NCBI GenBank assembly: GCA_001179505.1
Contig: CDMY01000304.1
Location: 62,001-126,000 of the forward strand
Direction: 5' to 3'
From: Vitrella brassicaformis CCMP3155
Lineage: Eukaryota; Protista; Chromerida
DNA length: 64,000 nucleotides
Shown here: positions 16,421-28,884 of the stretch, piece after piece
How positions within the stretch are numbered: the stretch's first letter is position 1
How the letters are laid out: each line of letters opens with the position of its first letter
Notes under the pieces: generated by a model
Seen by the model: the letters and a program-made list of their open reading frames with translations, nothing else
Told to the model about the DNA's origin: nothing
The model's database searches: none
Program-made: the position numbers and the translations under genes

Positions 16421-18189
16421 TCATGGTCCGAATCTCTTCGCCTTACTGCCTACTGACCAGAAGATGTGCTGTCTGCGGGGATCGGGAGGCACTAGCGGCG
16501 TTGGCAGATGGTCCATCGGGCACATGGGTCGCCGGGCGATCTCATACTGCTTGAAGGACGTTTGATACGTTGACCTGCACTCAGCAGATGATGGCATGCA
16601 TGGCATGCAGCCACAATCGATAGAGGAACATGGATGCTGCACGCTCATTATACCCGAAGTCACGGTTGTCGGGCTGTGCGACCCTTGCGCCTCGCGGCAT
16701 CGGCGCCTGACGCTCCAGCTCCCACTGTTTGTACGTCTCGCCATAGGTGGATGTGCCCTCAAATGGCAGAGGAGGCGCTGCACACACACACATGCCAAGC
16801 CATCCTATTCCCCCACCCACCAGCGCATCGACATGTGTCTGTCTCTGTTGTTAGTTGTCACTTACGGGCCTGCACGACGGGCTTGACGGACTGCGCCTTG
16901 CAGACGGGCTTCTCGTCGTGAGCCTCGCGGTAGCTCGACACGGCTTCGAACTTTGCCGGACTGCACAACACACAGACGGAGGGAGAGGGAGAGGGAGAGA
17001 CAACAGTCGCCGTGGCTGCCTCGATGGATGCTATGCTCGTCGTCTCACTTGGGTGTCCACTGCATCTTCTCGGCGCGGCGTTTCTCGGGCAGCGCCTTGT
17101 GGTCGAAGTCATTCTGACACGACAGACGGACACCATCACAGAGTGACGGCAATGCAGCTGGCTCCTCTGTGTGTGTGTGACCCTGTATGTGGAGGCGCCC
17201 TGGAAGGGCAGAGACACGGGCTCGTTGACTGCCTGAGGGCGCCTGGGAGGGGGCAGCTCCCACTGCTGATAGTCAGATCTACACACATACACGCGCACAC
17301 ACGCCACGATTGACCAAGGATGCAGGCAGCGCATCAGACAACAAACTTCCCTAGGCAGGCATACTAACTTGTGTGTGGAGGTGCCCTCGAACTTGAGCGG
17401 CGCGTAAGGCCTGGGCGGCTGCACGACTGCCTGTGTCCTCGGCACCTCCTTGTGTGTGTACTCCTGCTTGTACGTTGACGCCCCTGTACCCAGGCTTCGG
17501 CTATCGGGAGGCACTAGCGGCGTTGGCAGATGGTCCATCGGGCACATGGGTCGCCGGGCGATCTCATGCTGCTTGAAGGACGTTTGATACGTTGACCTGC
17601 AGTCAGCAGATGATGGCATGCATGGCATGCAGCCACAATCGATAGAGGCACATGGATGCTGCACGCTCATTATACCCGAAGTCACGGTTGTCGGGCTGTG
17701 CGACCCTTGCGCCTCGCGGCATCGGCGCCTGACGCTCCAGCTCCCACTGCTTGTACGTCTCGCCATAGGTGGATGTGCCCTCAAATGGCAGAGGAGGCGC
17801 TGCACACACACATGCCAATCCATCCTATCTATCGACATGTGTGTGTCTCTGTTGTTAGTTGTCACTTACGGGCCTGCACGGCGGGCTTGACGGACTGCGC
17901 CTTGCAGACGGGCTTCTCGTCGTGAGCCTCGCGGTAGCTCGACACGGCTTCGAACTTTGCCGGACTGCACAACACACAGACGGAGGGAGAGGGAGAGGGA
18001 GAGACAACAGTCGCCGTGGCTGCCTCGATGGATGCTATGCTCGTCGTCTCACTTGGGTGTCCACTGCATCTTCTCGGCGCGGCGTTTCTCCGGCAGCGCC
18101 TCGTGATCGAAGTCATTCTGACACGACAGACACCATCACACACACACCAATGCAGGTGGCCCCATGGTATGGTGATATCTCTGCTCTGA

Positions 18190-18225
<36 letters not shown>

Positions 18226-18600
18226 CCCTGTATGTGGAGGCGCCCTGGAAGGGCAGAGACACGGGCTCGTTGACCGCCTGAGGGCGCCTGGGAGGGGGCA
18301 GCTCCCACTGCTGATAGTCAGATCTACACACATACACGCGCACACACGCCACGATTGACCAAGGATGCAGGCAGCGCATCAGACAACAAACTTCCCTAGG
18401 CATACTAACTTGTGTGTGGAGGTGCCCTCGAACTTGAGCGGCGCGTAAGGCCTGGGCGGCTGCACGACGGCCTGTGTCCTCGGCACCTCCTTGTGTGTGT
18501 ACTCCTGCTTGTACTCTGACGTCCCGACAGAGGGGCCAGGCACGCCGCTCACCGACTCGGGCAGCCGCAGTCGGCGAGGCGACACTGATGTGCCTACATC

Positions 18601-18632
<32 letters not shown>

Positions 18633-18778
18633 CAGAGAGAGAGAGAGAGACCCTTATGCATCACGACGTACGTCGGTTGACTGACCGATGCTCAGCCGGA
18701 ACTGGCCCGTCGTGGTGAAGTCTTGGTTCTGGGGCATGGCCCCCTGGGGCAGCTCGGCAGCCGTAGTCTGACTCACCA
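16421..18778 (-). CDS. SAXO/STOP-repeat (FAM154/SPM1-like) microtubule-stabilising protein
   Basis: Exons encode repeated motifs typical of the SAXO family: PFEGTSTYGETYKQW, LKFEGTSTHK|SDYQQW, LPFQGASTYR, KFEAVSSYREAH, TSEYKQEY, STYQTSFKQ. 5' exon(s) uncertain. Confidence 0.75.
16481..18514. repeat. Intragenic tandem duplication, ~1.02-kb unit x2 (16481-17473 and 17503-18514)
   Basis: ATCGGGAGGCACTAGCGGCGTTGGCAGATGG occurs at 16481 and 17503; exons and introns are near-identical through CTCCTGCTTGTAC (17473 / 18514). Confidence 0.95.
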
Positions 18779-19144
18779 TTGTCGCCCAGCCACCTCAGCA
18801 AACAGCAGAGAACCTCAAGATGCCTCGCATGGGATTGGTTTGCAAGATGGCCCAGTGGCTAGAATGTTTCACCACAAAAAACAACAAAACAAACCACCAC
18901 AACAAACAACAAAACAGCCACAAAAAACAACGAAAGTTCCCGATGCGAGCTTCTGAGCTCGCAGGGTTTGCGGGGTTAGGCGCGTTGCAGGAAAAGCCGT
19001 CTGCCTCGCTCCAGAAGCAGCAACCATTTCCTGAGTGCCATTCAGCGGGCAATCGCTCGCGCGAGAGAGAGGCGGTCGTTGCCCCTTTGCTGTCTGTCAG
19101 TGTGATTGCCGAGTCGCGAAGGCAGAACGCCTCCCTCCCCAGCG

Positions 19145-22100
19145 ATGGACGTGACTCATGCGATAGACCGTTTGCGGAGTCAGGTCGAGGAGAAGGACCT
19201 GGAGATAGCCCAGCTGCGGAGCCAGCTGCAGCCGTACCTCAACTACAGAGGGGCATACAAACACCCCGGTACAGACACACGAGATGCGGAAGGGACTGTG
19301 GGGAGGTCGGGGGGGTGGGGGTGAGCGCGCGAGTGAGACAGTCTGGTCTGCCTGTCTTGCTTGTTTGTTTGTCGTGTGTTGGGTCGTCTTGTCTATCGTC
19401 GGTTGTCTGTCTGTTGTCCAATGCAGGAGTGGGTCAGGCGCTGCACACGCTGCTGGACATCTACCCGCCGCTGCTGTACGAGCTGTCACAGGACCCCAAG
19501 GCTGATGTCAAGGACGTGCAGCAGTTCGTCGACGCGCAGCTCAACGTGCGTACGCCCAACACAAGAGGCGCATCGCACCCACACGTTTCCCATCTCTCTG
19601 CCCATCCCATCAGAGTTTGGTGGCGGAGCTGCCGTCGAACGAGGCGGACTGCGCGTCGGTGCGTGTGCCGCTGACCGAGCAGGACTGCCTGCCCTACCTC
19701 AACATCAAAAAGCAGCTCGAAAAACTCCAGCAGGCGAACCCCTCGTGGTGAGTGAGTGGGCACGGACCCGGCCACACACACTCGTCGATGTCTGTCTGTC
19801 TGTCTGTCTTGCAGGTATGAGAAGTGGGGCATTGGCAGCCATGGCGGCGATGCGGAGGGCAGTGAGGCGTCGGCGGCGGCCACCACCACTACTACTACTG
19901 CTCATGGAGTGCTCGACTCGCTCCACCCCATTGGTATGTTTGCAGACATTGCCGGGACAATCTGACGAACAAGTGTAGAGGCCCGGATGTGATGTGTGTG
20001 TGTAGGTGAGGAGCTCAAGTACAGCCCTCGGAAGGAGGAGAGCGAGTTTCTCACCAAGCTGTGGACGCAGCTGCTCGTCAACGTCCTCAAACACGCCGAG
20101 GGCGCCGAAGGTGCGCTCACCCATTTTTCTAGACAGACAGACATAGAGAGTGTGTGTATGCCTTCTTGTCTGTCGTCTGCACACGTTCTGTGCAGCCTCT
20201 GCGCTGCTGAGCCCGTCCGCGGATCGCATCAAGCAGTTGTGTGACCGAACTGGTACGTACGCCCACACCGCAGACACACATCTCTGTTGTGTGTCTAGTC
20301 AAATGTCCCCACGTACTTCACGCACAGGCGAGCAATCTGCCCAGCTGGATGGCGTCAAGGAGCCGAGACAGAGAGAGACGCTGCTCAGGTACACTGCACA
20401 CCCACACACCCACACAACCACACACACCGTGCCGTGTGCACACACCTGGGGCTCTGATCCATTGGCTCGTAGGGACCGGATTGACGTCATGAGTGAGCTG
20501 CTCACGGCCTACTCGGAGAAGTTTCACACCATCCTGGCGCAGCTGCAAGTACACTACAGCATCTCCTCTCTCACACACACACACAGAAAGGCATACACAC
20601 GTCTGCAGTGCACTTGTGTGTATCTGGTGTCTGTGTGGTCTACTCGTGTCGTCCGTCCTTTGTTAGGGTGACGACCTGAGTCGGGTGCAGCAGGCCATCC
20701 ATGACGTGCAGCACACGACAGCGGTGGGGGAATAATGAGTGCTGTCCTCAGACACAACACACACACACACACTCGCCCATGCCTGTGTGTGTGTGTGTGT
20801 GTGTAGGAGGAGCGCAAGAAGATCGTGTCGTGGAAGATGCAGCAGGACGACCTCGTCAACAAGTACCAAGACAAGATTCAGCAGATGCAGGGTGCGGACA
20901 ACCACCCCTCCCACCCCTCCCACCCCCTCCACACGCACAGGTGCACTGTACGTGTGTGTGTGTGTGTGCAGCGTATTGCCAGGAGAAGGCGGACAAACTC
21001 GACGAGGCACAGAACAACTACCAGGCCAAGAAGGTGAGGGCCCTTCCGTCCACACACATACACACACACACACCACCGCCTCTCTGCCGATGCATCTGTG
21101 TGTGTCTGCGATGGATGGATGGATCGATGGCTGTGTGTCTGTCATCACATCAGTCGGGTTATGAGGCCGAGCGCGAGGAGTGCCTCAAGCAGCTCGAGAG
21201 AGTCCTCTCGCGCATCGAGACCATTCAAGTACACACACACACACCCAATACCAACCAACACACACTCGTGAATGCAATGCATCCCTCTCCCTGTGTGTGT
21301 GTGTGTGTGTGTGCAGGAGAAGGAGCGTGAGGACCTGCTGGCCATCGACACGGCAGCGTGTGAGCTCACCGAGGCCACCGCCCGCGTCGAGGAGCGCACC
21401 GAGGCCCTCAACAAGATCAAGTACGTGTCTGAGTGGATCGGATGGCAATACGCCCACATAAGTGTGTGTGTGTCCGTGTCTGCGCAGGTTGCTGCACTCG
21501 CAGGCCGTGAATCGCTGGTGTGAGGGGGCCTCCTGCGTCGACCGCATCGGTATGCCCACCCGCACAGCACAGCGGCCCGGTGTGTGTGTGGTCCTTACCA
21601 TCATCGTGTGTGTGTATGTTTATGCAGGTGTGTGGAGCACCGATCTGTGCGAGGCGTTGCAGAAGGACATGCACCGATCCACACAGACACTCGTGCAGGG
21701 TATGTGTGTGTGTGTGTGTGGCTCTCTGTGTGGCTGACACAATCTGTGTGTGTGTGTGTGGGCAGAGTTGGCCCCCGATGGTCTGCGCTTCGACGCGTTG
21801 AAGGAGGCTGCCTTTGAGAACCTCAATGTGGGCGTGCATCGCCGTGGACACATCCATCCATCCATCGAGACATCCATCCGTCCAGCCATCCATCCCATGT
21901 GTGTGTGTGTGTGCAGATGCTGATCAACAGCAAGCAGCGCGCCTACATCGAGACGTGCAACAAACTCGCAAAGAAATACAACAAACTGGTATGCTGGCCC
22001 CCCCCCCACCACACACACAGTCGTGTCTCTCTGCCTGTGTCGCCGCAGCAATATTTGCTGAATGCGGGCGACCCTGAGGAGCTCGCCGCGGTGCCTGAGG

Positions 22101-24052
22101 TACACAGCACCCTCAGCACACGACCCTTTGTATGTGTGTGTGTGTGTGTGTGTGGTTCGACGACAGGAGGAAGAGTGCGACATGGTGCTGCTGCCCGAGC
22201 ACTCCCCCTCAGAGCCCGCCATACCCACCACTGCTCAAGCCGCATCGGCATCGGCATCAGCAGCAGCGGCCAACGACTCCGAGACGTATGCCCCCATGCA
22301 CCTGCACATCGGCGCCACGCAGACACTGATGTGTGTGTGTGTGTGTGTGTGTGCAGCGAGTTGCCGGCGAGTGTGACTGTGGGTGTGGGCGTGGGCGCGC
22401 CTCGCCGTTCTGCGTACGCCATCGAGCTGGCCAAGTTCAACAAATACAACACGTGAGCCACACACGCATCTATCCGTCCATCCGTCCATCCATCCATCCA
22501 TGTGTGTGTGTAAATGCCCCCACACAGGTTGGAGAAGAAGCAGAAGGCGGAGCTCGAGGCGCTCAACGAGAAGAAGAGCCAGCTCGAGAAGTCAGCCACA
22601 CCACCCACACAGCCCACCCACACAGAGAGAGAGAGACACCCACGTGGCCACTGTGCTGTGCAGGTTGACCACGGAGTATTTCCGATCGCTGGATTACTTC
22701 TCCAAGCACCAGGGCGCCTCCCCCACCCACATGGGCGAGTCCGACCAGACCAACATCAAGCTGCTCATCAAACAGAAACTCGTCCAGGCCACACAGGAGG
22801 TCAGAAGCCAGCCGAAGAAGCCATCCCTCCATCCCTCCCGATGTGCGACCTGTGTGTGTATGTGTGTGTGTGTGATGGTGATGTTACAGGGGAGCGAGAC
22901 GATCGACAGTGCCGCTGCGCGCCAGTGGGTCAACAGCTTCTTCTACACCACTGCGTAAGTACTCGTGCGCACGGACCCCACACAACTACAACTACAGCTA
23001 CACACCTGCCGGATGTCGGCCGTGTGTGTCTGTGTGTGTCTGTGTGCGCAGGTCGCTGCCCAAGCTGCCGGCGATGCCCGGATGGTTCAGCAGCTCCTCC
23101 ACCAGCAACCCTCTCGTACACACACACACACACACACATACACCCTTCACACACGCACACACAGCGGCCTCCATCTGCACACACGTGTGTGTGTGTGTCC
23201 ATCTCTTACTAATGTGCAGCCGCTGCTGCCGATGACCGGCTCGATGAACTCGTATATGCGCGTCAACAGCCTGCACCGGCCGGGGGGGGTGGACGCCAGC
23301 CCCTCGCAGGCTCAGCACTGGGAAGTGGTACGTACGTCCACACACACACACACACTCACACACAAATGAAGGTTCGAACACGTGTGTGGGTGCAGTTCAC
23401 TGAGATGAGCGAGACGGTGGGCACGAGCGACGTGGACGGATATCAGGCGCTCGACAATAAAGGTATATATGCACTGAGCCATACCACCGCCGTCGCCACA
23501 CACACACACACGTGTTCACCTGTGTCTGGGCCCCATGCACAGAGACGCTCGAGGCGCTGGCCAACGCCCGTGTGCTGCCCCCACGGCCGCCCTCTCCGCC
23601 ACCATTCGTGCCAGCTGCCTGTGGGCCGAACGTGTAAGCATCCACACACACACACAGAGAGAGAGAGGGAGAGAGAGAGAGAGACCCGTGAAAGCATCCA
23701 TATGTGTGTCTGTCTGCCTGCGTTCAGTGAGGGCCCGTGTGTGGGGCCGGTGGTGCAGCAGCTGGCTGCTGCTGGGGCCGGTGGTGGGCAGACAGACGCC
23801 GCAGCGGCAGCAGCAGTTCAAGACGAGAAGACGCCACCCAATGGCGTCGACGGTAGGCATACACACAAATGCACTCACTGTATTTGACGCTCTCCTGCGC
23901 ACATCGCATGGCGTGTGTGGTGGGGTGTGTGTGAAGGTTCGTATCTGGTGCTGAACGAGCCGAAGATGCTGACGATCGACCAGCAGCAGCAGCAGCAGCA
24001 GCAGGGTGTGGGCAGAAAGAGGGAGAGAGAGGAGGAGGAGGAAGCGGTGTGA
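19145..24052 (+). CDS. Large multi-exon coiled-coil protein of unknown function (>20 exons)
   Basis: Many GT-AG bounded short exons with coiled-coil character: MDVTHAIDRLRSQVEEKDLEIAQLRSQLQ, EERKKIVSWKMQQDDLVNKYQDKIQQMQ, EKEREDLLAIDTAACELTEATARVEERTEALNKIK, LEKKQKAELEALNEKKSQLEK. Final exon ...QQQQQQQQGVGRKREREEEEEAV* ends at 24052. Confidence 0.7.
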
Positions 24053-25585
24053 TTGCGATTGATTCGGCTGGGCTGAGTGAGTTTGTGTGTGAGGCAGTGG
24101 GGGCTTGGTATGTTTGTATGTTTGTATGTCTGCTTGTACCATTGAAGCGTTCGTGTGCAACCACGGCCGTCACGACACCGCACACACAACACAGTGGGTG
24201 GTTGATTGCTCCCCCGTCCAGCTGTGGGTGTGTCTGCGGTGCGGTGCGGCCCGTCGTGTGCACCCACAGCACACGAGAGTTTTTTCTCGACTTTTCTCGT
24301 TTCGCTCTCTCTCTCTCTGTGTGTGTATGTACCATAAGCACATCTATCGGCCACGACCACAAACAAACTTTGAATGCGTCCGTCCGTCCGTCCGTCCGTC
24401 CATGTGTGTCTGAGTGAGTGCATCCATCATGCCTGCCTGTGAGCGCGTGTGTGTATGTGTGTATGTATCATATTCATCAGACAGAGCGAACGAGGCTCCA
24501 TCCATCCATCCATCCAGCCGTAACATCGATCGCACATCTCATTTTTGGAAGGAATGGGTGGGCGTGTACACGTCCGTCATGGTCACCGAATGTATCGTAC
24601 CCCCATCTGTCACGAGTGCGGGGATTTTTGCCAGCCAGCCAGGGAGGGAGGGAGGGGAGGGGAGAGGGGGCATCACAGTTTCTGCTTCTTGCTGCCTACC
24701 TCTGTGTTTTCACCCCATCGACCGACCGTATGTATGGTATGCACACCCACACACACACACACTCACATCGATGTGATCTTCGTGTCACACGCACCTTAAA
24801 CAGAGCAGTGGGCGGGCGCGCGGGGCGTCTTCATGTGCGCGTGGTGCCATGGGGGATGTGATGTGTGGCCGGGAGGGGAGAGGGGGTCGGCCTGACTAAG
24901 TGCGTTCGTGTGGAAGTCTGTCTGCGTGTGTCCACTATTATTGGCCAGGTTGATTTGTCATGCGCGGAACGTCTTCTCGTGTGTGCGTGTGGGGTGGGTG
25001 GGTGTCTCTGGGTCTGTTTGGTGCGCAGTGGATGGATGGATGGATGGTAGAGGGAGGGAGGGAGGCGACATAAGGACAGAGTGACCTGTATGTGTGTGCA
25101 TTTGCGAGAAGACTTGGACAGACGAAGGAGACGACTAAACGAGTGTGTCGTCTGGCGTTCACCTTCCTCCCCGTCCCTCCCTCTGTGTTACCCCTCTCAT
25201 AGACAGGCACGACGAACGGGGCCAATCTCACTCCCAATTGGCATCGTCCGTGCACCGTTCTTCAACAGCACCGACACACAAAAAAGCCGCGGATGTTTCC
25301 AACTACACCCGGCGCATCTCTGTCTTCTTGCCATCTCTCTGTGTTGTTCCTTTCTCGAAGAACAGACCGCCGACGGGGCCACACCGGCAGCCAGAACTTT
25401 CCGGCTGCCTCCACAACACTCATGCATACGACGACCCCTCCAGTGGACAATCGGCACGCCCTCACTATCTCCATTCCTCTCTCATTCCTATCTACACAGC
25501 ACGACCCGCAGCTCCCGTCCCCATCATCAATTCACTCCAGCACTCAAAACAGCGCCAACGCATCACATCATCCATCCCCCGTCAT

Positions 25586-26493
25586 TCAGGCCTCTGTCCG
25601 CCTGTATCTGTCCACCTGAGCCTCCTCCCCAAGATCTACGTAGTCGCCCTTGATGCGGTCCGCCCGGAACTCGCCCCACCTGAAGGGCCGGTACCGCGGC
25701 TGCTGGCCAGCGGGGAGCGGGGCGATGATGGCGTCGTATTGGGGGGAGAAGAAGAAGGGGATGGAGTAGCGCTCGCGAGAGGGATTGGCCTGCACGCGGT
25801 GGAGGGCGGCGGGATACCTGTCGTTGGACCAGATCTGCATCACGTCGCCCACATTGACCTGGGAAGCAAACCACACACACATGGGGGTGGAGAGGTCACG
25901 ATCGATCTGCCTCTTCCGCCATATCTGCCTACCGTGAGCGCGTCTTTGACGGGCTGCACGTCCACCCACTGCTGCTTGTCTCGCAGCCACACCTGCAGGG
26001 GCCATTAACACGTCACACAGACAGACAATCACTTTCGTCCGTTGTGTTGATGGAAGCACATCCAGTACAGACAACGGCCACGCACCTGCAAGCCGGGGAC
26101 CTCCTGCAGCAGCAGCGTGATGGCACAGCCGTCCGTGTGGTGCGATACGCCCAGGTACTCATCGCAATCTGGGCAGGGAGGGAAGTAGTTGAGACGCAGG
26201 AGGGATGAGTGCTTGGCAAAAAGGGGGGCGAGGGATGAGGGGTCGGCGACGCCCATGTGGGTGGCGAGCGCCTCAATAAGCTTGCTGGCGATGCGCTCCA
26301 TCTGCAGGTAGGTATTACGTGTAACACGCACGCAGTGCGTCTACATGTGCTGCTCGGGGGGATGTCACTCACCTGTCCGTAGTAGGCCTTGAGCAGGTCG
26401 TTGAACCTCTCGCTCTCCGTGAACTGATTGTACCCATCCAACGTGCTGCCTGGAGAAGCCAAACACACACAACGCTGCTCTCTCTCTCTCTGT

Positions 26494-26531
<38 letters not shown>

Positions 26532-27275
26532 GTGTGCGCATTCGTGTGTGTGTGTGTGTGTGTTCACCTTCCCATCGTCCGTTGCTTTTGCCGAGGTCGA
26601 GCCCCTCTTTCCAGTCCATCTTCTGCTTGGTCAGCTCATCGTCGAACCAGCCGCGCGACGTCTCACTGTTTCGCTTGATCCTCATCTGCACACACGCACA
26701 CACAGACAACGTGTGGAGCTGCGGACCCACCATGCGACGGATGCGTCCTCCCTCACTCCCTCCGTCACTCACCTTGATGTGTTTCGGCTGTGCAAAAAAG
26801 GCCACCATCTCCTCTTTCAGGGCCGCCATGAGCTCACGGTCGATGGGATGGTTGACCATGTTGAAGAAACCAAACCGCTCACACGCCCTGAATGAATGAA
26901 CATCAGACAGAGGAACGAACGCATCAATCACACCAAGAAACAAACACGCAAAACAGGACAACTGCATCTGTATGTATGGTCGTCTGCGCTGCGTGCATCT
27001 GGCTGGGCTGACCTGCCGATGGCATCGACGCATTCTCTTCTCTCCTCGGCTGCCGCATCTTCATTGAACAGAGGGGCCACATCAATGGTCGGAACTTGGT
27101 CATCAGGCGAGAGGGTTGCCGACAGCGGTGCTGCAGGTGACAGCTGGCCTGCCCCGCCACGACGGAAAAAGAAGCCACCACCGCGTCTGTAACTTGATGC
27201 TGCACTGACGAGAGAGATCAGAGCAGCGAAGATGGACGTCGTCAGTGGTGGGTAAAAAGGGAAGATCCGCTTCAT
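25586..27275 (-). CDS. 2-oxoglutarate/Fe(II)-dependent dioxygenase (IPNS/DIOX_N + 2OG-FeII_Oxy) with signal-peptide-like N-terminus
   Basis: [42 protein letters not shown] (HxD), second His in ALHRV and RYS (RxS) co-substrate motif followed by IPFF. N-terminus [28 protein letters not shown] is hydrophobic. Confidence 0.93.
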
Positions 27276-27370
27276 CCGTGGCACTGGCAGTGGAATCCTA
27301 TCCCGATCGTCGTGTTTTCTGACAGCTCCGGTCTGCAAGCTTAGACCGCAGAGAGGAAGAGCTCAAGGAG

Positions 27371-28610
27371 ATGAGTGAAGATCATGAGCACCAGTTGACG
27401 CGGCGTCCATGGTCGTGGAAGCCCTACCAGTATCGAATTGGGAGGATGTTTGTCCTCTCGGAATGGAAGGTCATGGATGAGCAATGAACAATGTGTGCAA
27501 AGGATTGACCGCATGATGCGCTTGGTGTGTGTTGTGACGGTTGCAGGACGGCACGCTAATTGTCATCGGACCGGACTGTAAGCCAGCCAGTGGGCGCACA
27601 CATCTGTTCGAATCGAATGACCCGGTCTTCTCACCATCTCATATTATCCATTGGCTGCCACAGGGCCTTACACAGTCGGTCTGCTTGCCTTCATTCTGCT
27701 CGTCGGCGGAGGTACACAGACAGACACCAAAGGGAAAGTGCACTGCCTGTCTGCCTGCCTGCCTCTCTGGATGCAGCCTTTTGCTTCCACGTAGCGCCTC
27801 AGCTGTCGTCTCTCTGGTTCCGCATGGGCTCCTACGCCTGTGTGCTGTCGACCCTCGTGTCGTTCGCCTGCGTCTCGCTGAAAGACCCAGGCATCATCAG
27901 GTTTGTACACATGAAACACGCTCACACGAAGGCGTGTGTGTGTCTGATTGTGTCTGATTGTTGATCTGTCAGGCCGTCGCACAGCGACTGGAGTGATGTG
28001 TCGTCGACAGACGATGTGCAGCTGACGGTGGGCGTGCAGGAGGACTGCGATAGCGACAGCAACACACCGTCCACTCGGCGGTCGACCGAGGCTGCGGCAG
28101 ACGAGAGAGAGCTGCCTGACCTTGAGCAGCGATATCGGGAGGCGGGGCCGTCGGTGATCGGCAGGGCCACCGGCAGCGATACCCCGCCATCCCCTCCGAG
28201 AAGACGGCACGTCCAGGCGCATCTGTGAGACAGAGGGTGGATCAAATCAGACGACATGGTGTCCACAGGGGATGTTCTCTCGTGTCTGTCTGTCTGTCTG
28301 CAGGATGTGTGAGGTGTGTGGAGTGCTGGTGCCTCCCGAGGCCCTCCACTGCGTCGACTGCCAAGTCTGTATCGACAAATTCGATCACGTGAGTGAGTGG
28401 CGATCTGACGATTTACGGACCCATGCAGTGTGTGTGTGTGTATAACTGTTGTCTGTATGGGTGCAGCACTGTCCGTGGACGAGCAAGTGCATTGGGCGGA
28501 AGAACATCACTGATTTCTACGTCTTTCTGGTGTGCGCCTTCGGGACAGTAATCTACCTCACCATCTGTATGGGCGTGTACATTCGAAACACTTCCGTCAT
28601 ACACACATAG
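27371..28610 (+). CDS. DHHC-type protein S-palmitoyltransferase
   Basis: Spliced: IVIGPD|WPYTVGLLAFILLVGG, LKDPGII, CEVCGVLVPPEALHCVDCQVCIDKFDH|HCPWTSKCIGRKN (DHHC-CRD), then a TM segment; stop TAG ends at 28610. Confidence 0.93.
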
Positions 28611-28884
28611 ATGCCATTGGGTCGAATGGATGGATGGATGGATGGCTCGCCGTGTCTCACTGCGTCGGTGTATAGTGAGTGAGACGCAAAGAGACGTGGC
28701 CGGACGTTTGTGGTGTGTACAGTCGAACACGCAAAGCGTCTATGCGTGACTCTGAGAGAGAAACTGAGGCAGATCTCCTTTGTCCTTGTCTTGAGCGGTG
28801 CGCCAGCTCTGCACGCGTGCAAGCTTAATGCTTCCAGTCTCGAGGCCCCCGAAGCCCCCACAGTGAGCCCCGTCATAGAGCCCG

